64,000 nucleotides of DNA from a bacterium (GTDB lineage: Bacteria; Babelota; Babeliae; Babelales; RVW-14), in contig JBDRBF010000008.1 in the NCBI GenBank assembly GCA_043822925.1, positions 25,129 to 89,128 on the forward strand, read 5' to 3'. A program made the translations under genes and the position numbers. Below are positions 59,722 through 64,000 of the stretch, piece after piece. The notes under the pieces are model-generated. The model was not told the DNA's origin, did no database searches, and saw only the letters and a program-made list of their open reading frames with translations. Each line of letters starts with the position of its first letter. The first letter of the stretch is position 1.

Positions 59722-61320
59722 TTACGCTTTTTTAACCTGCTTAATTTTCTCGTTAATTACGTACTCTACAATATCTTTTGTCAAAATATTGGCACCTGAA
59801 CGATACGCCCGTAAACGCATCTCTGCTACAGAATAATCTAAATCACGACCAGAAAAACCGTCTGTTTTTTCCGCAATCTGTTCGAGATAACTATCTGTAA
59901 CCGCAGGATCTATCGTTAAAGAAGCATTTATAGCAACCCCATCTTTTACATATGTTCGCGCATCATTCTCAATATACTTACCCATCTTAAGCTTTAAAAT
60001 CTTAAATCGCTCAGCTTGGGCAGGCAACTCAAATGGCACCTGCTTATGAATACGGCTCAAAACTGCTGAATCAAGAGTATCTTTATAGTTTGTTGCCAAA
60101 ATAATCATAAACTTGTCTGAACTAGTTCCCGTCTGAGACAAGAAAGAGTTCACCAAATCAACTTCTTCTTTACTTAACTTTGCACGGTCTTTAAAACAAG
60201 CATCAGCTTCGTCGATAAATAAAATCAGGCCTTTTTTACTCTGACCAGCCCAATCAAATAATGCGCGCAACTCCGTAACATCTTCACCATTCTTAAACTG
60301 CGCAAAATCTGCACCAGAAAATATCGCATAATCCATTCCAGAAAGATACGCGAGCGTTTTTGCCATTTCTGTTTTACCGGTTCCAGGAGGACCGTAAAAT
60401 AACGCATTTTGATAGGGCAGCCCGTAATTTTTTGCTTCAACAATATCCGTCGCTAGATACTGCATCGCCAAAGCTATATCAGGCGACACAACAATATCTT
60501 CTAATTTACGTATCTGTTCTACAGGAAAAAGTAAATTTTTAAGCCACCCAGATAGCCCCGTACGTGATGATTCGCGTACCAGCGTTGGCTTGCCCAAATA
60601 AGCTTCTAACTGTGCAAGCGCAAGCTTAGCCCCATAATAAGCGCCGGTCATACCGACTGCTGTTAGCGTTGCAAACAAAGCTGCTTTAGTAAGCTTTGAA
60701 GAATCAGAAAAGCTCTCAATCATTAACTGAAAACGTGCAAAATCACCCTTGTTTTTTTCAGCCTGCCCTGCTGCTGCTTTGGCTGCTGCCGTCGCGATAG
60801 CTGTTTTACGTGTTTTTTCATCTTTATAAATATCAGTAACAACATCAAAACCCTTAACCAATATTGTTTGCACGCCGTCACCAATTTTATCACCACGGGC
60901 AACAAGCTTATCATGATCTTTTTGCAACCGTGCGATTTTATCCTCAAGCCGCTTACTATCCTGATCATATAATTTATTTTTTTGCTCATACTCAGCCGTA
61001 TTTACTTGTCCGTTATCTTTAGCTTGTGCAAGCACAATACGTTCCTGACCTATACGGCTCAATTCACTTTCATACTTCTTTATTGCCGACATAATTTGTA
61101 AATCATGTTCATAGCCAGCTTTATGGGCCTCGTCAATCACCTCAGTAAAGCCCTGCACCATATCGCTTGCATTAATATCTAACCCTGCGACATTAATTTT
61201 CATATCGCCAAGCGCTTGTACTCCATTATTTCCAGAAACAGAAAAAGCACTGCTTACACCACAAAAATAAAATACTAACACAATAAACACACGTGTTAAA
61301 AAACCAAATATCTTAATCAT
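59722..61320 (-). CDS. ATAD3-like AAA+ ATPase with signal peptide, coiled coil and TM segment
   Basis: LGKPTLVRESSR; Walker A GPPGTGKT; SGMDYAI; LFDWA; Walker B FIDEAD; sensor ATN; Arg finger SAVLSR; FSGRD. Confidence 0.9.
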   Translation of the reverse strand: MIKIFGFLTRVFIVLVFYFCGVSSAFSVSGNNGVQALGDMKINVAGLDINASDMVQGFTEVIDEAHKAGYEHDLQIMSAIKKYESELSRIGQERIVLAQAKDNGQVNTAEYEQKNKLYDQDSKRLEDKIARLQKDHDKLVARGDKIGDGVQTILVKGFDVVTDIYKDEKTRKTAIATAAAKAAAGQAEKNKGDFARFQLMIESFSDSSKLTKAALFATLTAVGMTGAYYGAKLALAQLEAYLGKPTLVRESSRTGLSGWLKNLLFPVEQIRKLEDIVVSPDIALAMQYLATDIVEAKNYGLPYQNALFYGPPGTGKTEMAKTLAYLSGMDYAIFSGADFAQFKNGEDVTELRALFDWAGQSKKGLILFIDEADACFKDRAKLSKEEVDLVNSFLSQTGTSSDKFMIILATNYKDTLDSAVLSRIHKQVPFELPAQAERFKILKLKMGKYIENDARTYVKDGVAINASLTIDPAVTDSYLEQIAEKTDGFSGRDLDYSVAEMRLRAYRSGANILTKDIVEYVINEKIKQVKKA

Positions 61321-61381
61321 AAAAATCCCCAAATTTAAACGATACCCCGTACCCACAATTTACTAAAAACTTAAATCTTAC

Positions 61382-62773
61382 TTATCTGCTCACTTTATCC
61401 ACATTGCACACTATTTTATTCTCGTTCTGTACATCAGACGCAACATAAATCTTATATGCTATCTGCCCGATTTTATAACACATAGGCACCATAACCAAAA
61501 CGTTATAATACAACTGCCACTCAGCAAGTTTTTGATTTCTCAGTTCTTTCCACAACCCACAAGACATACCACACGTTTCTTGCACAAATTCGCGTAAATT
61601 TTCTTGTGCATTATCATCCTGATCGCGCTGAGCAAGCAATAACTCTTTAAATTCATCTTTATATTTTACGATGCTTCGAGAACAAATAACCGACATAATA
61701 TAATGGTTAAACCACGCCACAAACAACATATTTACCGTAACTTGGCGCACAAAATTAATCGCTTTATGCCGTAAAAAACGCGACATCTGTGTATCAAAAA
61801 AACCATACTGAACCAAAAAGCTATTAACGGTTTCTAAAACATTTGTCGTTGCGTTATTCACCGGCAACTGAAATAGCCACGGGACATCAACCAAACTCGA
61901 GAGAGCTATTGGCTCCCCCTGCAAACTCTGAGGTTGTAAACCACTGGCGTTTTGAACCACTTTGTGTAAAAAGCCAAAAAGACCAACCCGATCTTTTTCA
62001 CTCGATAACCATCGATATCTCAGAGCCTGAGTAATAATATCAGCTACAAAATAGGTCGCAAACGGATTACAAAAACGTTGATCAATCAAATCAGCCCAAC
62101 GCATATGAGCCAGATTACGCAGCTCTGCCTCAAGTAATATATCAGGATTATTTAGACCGAATCCTGCCATGCCCAGCGTAACTTCCTGCGAAACCTGGGA
62201 ATCAAATTCAGAACAACAAATACGAGGCTTTTGGTCGCCACTTGATTCCGCATTGGCCAATGGTTGGCTGGACGCAGCAAGCAACGGCAATAGCTTGTCA
62301 CGCGCAACAATAATACGCTGCGTTATTACATCAACAAAATATGTCTGTAATTTTTTATATAAATAATGGTCAAGCGCCCAACCAGCACCAGCAAATAAAA
62401 GCTCAAACAAATCTTTATTATAAACGCCTATGCGCGGGACACTATCTCCAAACCATTCTTGTACCGGGATTTCTACGATTAAACTATCACCAAAAGCTTT
62501 AAGTTCTTCAAGCCTTTTTTTATCTGGATATAAAACTGAATCAATAAATTCTTGTTCCGTATATTTTTGGCCAAGCGCTTCATATTTTTCAATCGCCTGA
62601 TCGCTTGCATATGCCTGCACTATTTGCTCTATTTCTTCAGACATTTTACCCAAATTATCTTCAGACACATTAACACCAGATAAAATAATCTGCTGCTCAA
62701 GCTGTGCGCACATGCCAAAAGACATGCTCAAAAATAAATATATAAAAATATATGTTCGTTTTTTTATTAACAT
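61382..62773 (-). CDS. Hypothetical exported or membrane protein
   Basis: About 463-aa ORF with signal-like N-terminus and several hydrophobic stretches; 61 nt upstream of the AAA gene. Confidence 0.75.
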   Translation of the reverse strand: MLIKKRTYIFIYLFLSMSFGMCAQLEQQIILSGVNVSEDNLGKMSEEIEQIVQAYASDQAIEKYEALGQKYTEQEFIDSVLYPDKKRLEELKAFGDSLIVEIPVQEWFGDSVPRIGVYNKDLFELLFAGAGWALDHYLYKKLQTYFVDVITQRIIVARDKLLPLLAASSQPLANAESSGDQKPRICCSEFDSQVSQEVTLGMAGFGLNNPDILLEAELRNLAHMRWADLIDQRFCNPFATYFVADIITQALRYRWLSSEKDRVGLFGFLHKVVQNASGLQPQSLQGEPIALSSLVDVPWLFQLPVNNATTNVLETVNSFLVQYGFFDTQMSRFLRHKAINFVRQVTVNMLFVAWFNHYIMSVICSRSIVKYKDEFKELLLAQRDQDDNAQENLREFVQETCGMSCGLWKELRNQKLAEWQLYYNVLVMVPMCYKIGQIAYKIYVASDVQNENKIVCNVDKVSR

Positions 62774-63140
62774 CGTACCCACCAAATATCAAGACCCATA
62801 AATTGCAAACCTAAAGATCCCCCAAGAACCCTTCTATTTACACGCATAATATGCAAACACAAAAACCAGCTTAGCAGCAAAAAAACCTTTATCAAAGGCC
62901 TTTATTAGCAATTCTCAACCTGTAATTAAGAACATACATAAATGCCCACCTGTGGCATCGCCTTACTCATGCCCAAATCTTATTTTCTAGATGCCTCCCA
63001 AATTCTCTGATATAACTAAAAATGCCTCGAGTTGAACCAAAGAAAAAAAACATCGTATTTTCGCTCGAGAACGTTGGAAAAAGGCAACGATTTAACATTC
63101 ATCATGCTTAATAGCATGATATTTTATATAAACTAGAGTT

Positions 63141-63207
63141 CTTGTCCGCCATAGCCACCTGCCTGCCGTCCGTAGCCACGTAGGGCGTAGGATGGGGCGA
63201 CGGCTGA
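63141..63207 (+). repeat. Nested GC-rich palindromic repeats (family 3)
   Basis: Outer arms CTTGTCCGCCATAGCC and GGCGACGGCTGA enclose CCTGCCGTCCGTAGCC..GGCGTAGGATGG; GC-rich patch in an AT-rich spacer. Confidence 0.65.
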
Positions 63208-63231
63208 ATTAACCCTAGAAGGAGAGTATAT

Positions 63232-64000
63232 ATGAAGAAGAACTTGTTCCCAGCACATATCGCCACGAGTACCCTCATCACACTATTCACACTTTTTATA
63301 AACATATTTTTTGCAAACACATGCTTAGGTACAAACTTTTTTGAAAACACGAGCTGGAGCATTACCGGCACCATTCAAATAAACAACTATGACTGGCACC
63401 CAAACGGAAAACACCTTGCGGTTGCATGGCACAACAACGCAGATAACCTGAGAGTCTACTCGTTTGATGGTTCAAATCTCACTTCTATCGTTACAAAAAG
63501 ACTCGGTGCAATGTGCGCTGCTGTATCATGGAGTCCAAACGGCACCTATCTTGCCACAGGAACTGACGGAACAACCAACTTTGCCGTCTGGACATTTAAC
63601 GGAACAACGCTTACTTCAGCCGCCACCCCGGTAACAATCACAAGCTACCTACACTCTATTGACTGGCACCCCAGCGGAAATTATATAGCTGTTGGCTATT
63701 ACACAGGCAGCGCTGGTAGATTTCAGGTATATCGGTTTACCGGCTCAAGTCTTACACCGCTTGGCGCCGCGATTCAGCCAACAGGAAATAGTGAATTGTG
63801 GGTAGTAAAATGGAGCCCAGACGGGAACTTTCTTGCAGTTGGGAATAGACAAGAATCAACTACAAAAAACCTTGAAGTCTACAACTTTAATCCCTCAGCA
63901 AGCACGCCACTTACCGTCACCGCTGCAAACCAAAAAAATTACGGGCCTTCTTATCTTTTTTCTGTTGCCTGGAGACCTGACGGCAAATATCTTGCCATCG
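63232..64000 (+). CDS. Secreted WD40-like beta-propeller protein; partial, runs off the window end
   Basis: Hand translation: AAGGAG RBS; hydrophobic N-terminus; repeats DWHPNGKHLAV, SWSPNGTYLAT, DWHPSGNYIAV, KWSPDGNFLAV, AWRPDGKYLAI. Confidence 0.9.
   Translation, partial: MKKNLFPAHIATSTLITLFTLFINIFFANTCLGTNFFENTSWSITGTIQINNYDWHPNGKHLAVAWHNNADNLRVYSFDGSNLTSIVTKRLGAMCAAVSWSPNGTYLATGTDGTTNFAVWTFNGTTLTSAATPVTITSYLHSIDWHPSGNYIAVGYYTGSAGRFQVYRFTGSSLTPLGAAIQPTGNSELWVVKWSPDGNFLAVGNRQESTTKNLEVYNFNPSASTPLTVTAANQKNYGPSYLFSVAWRPDGKYLAI

Noticed and set aside
1435-61410. DnaA-box sequences TTATCCACA near 1435, 12657 and 61396
   Set aside because: Single, dispersed and inside coding regions; no cluster indicating oriC.
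63108-63374. 88-aa minus-strand ORF
   Set aside because: Overlaps the WD40 gene start antisense and reads through the repeat element.

Overview
AT-rich bacterial chromosomal window, about 35% GC by eye. The minus strand is G/T-rich and probably the leading strand. Gene content suggests a host-dependent diderm, most likely Candidatus Dependentiae (TM6/Babelota); this is an inference from the secreted WD40-like and beta-solenoid proteins, an ATAD3-like ATPase and a histone-H1-like protein. Positions 2.7-21.5 kb hold the str-S10-spc-alpha ribosomal superoperon (rpsL to rplQ, including rpmJ, which the ORF track missed); rpmD and adk are absent from their usual positions. The rest is scattered housekeeping genes (rseP, lpxC, rplM, pyrG, pepP, lptD, recR, yidC, bamD, ftsI-like, cysS, kup, idi, tRNA-Gly, jag-like, mnmE, priA, rpe, psd, aspS) mixed with secreted hypothetical proteins. 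Five observations stand out. (1) A signal-peptide-bearing homologue of the mitochondrial AAA+ ATPase ATAD3 is probably co-transcribed with an unknown membrane protein. (2) Three families of short dispersed palindromic repeats occur: one copy is inserted in frame in aspS, one supplies the idi stop codon, and some are nested in each other. (3) A tandem Ddl-Ddl fusion has Tyr in one omega loop and Phe in the other. (4) A Lys-rich histone-H1-like protein is present. (5) A secreted C39-like peptidase carries an Arg-rich NLS-like tract. No CRISPR array, transposase, integrase or rRNA was seen.
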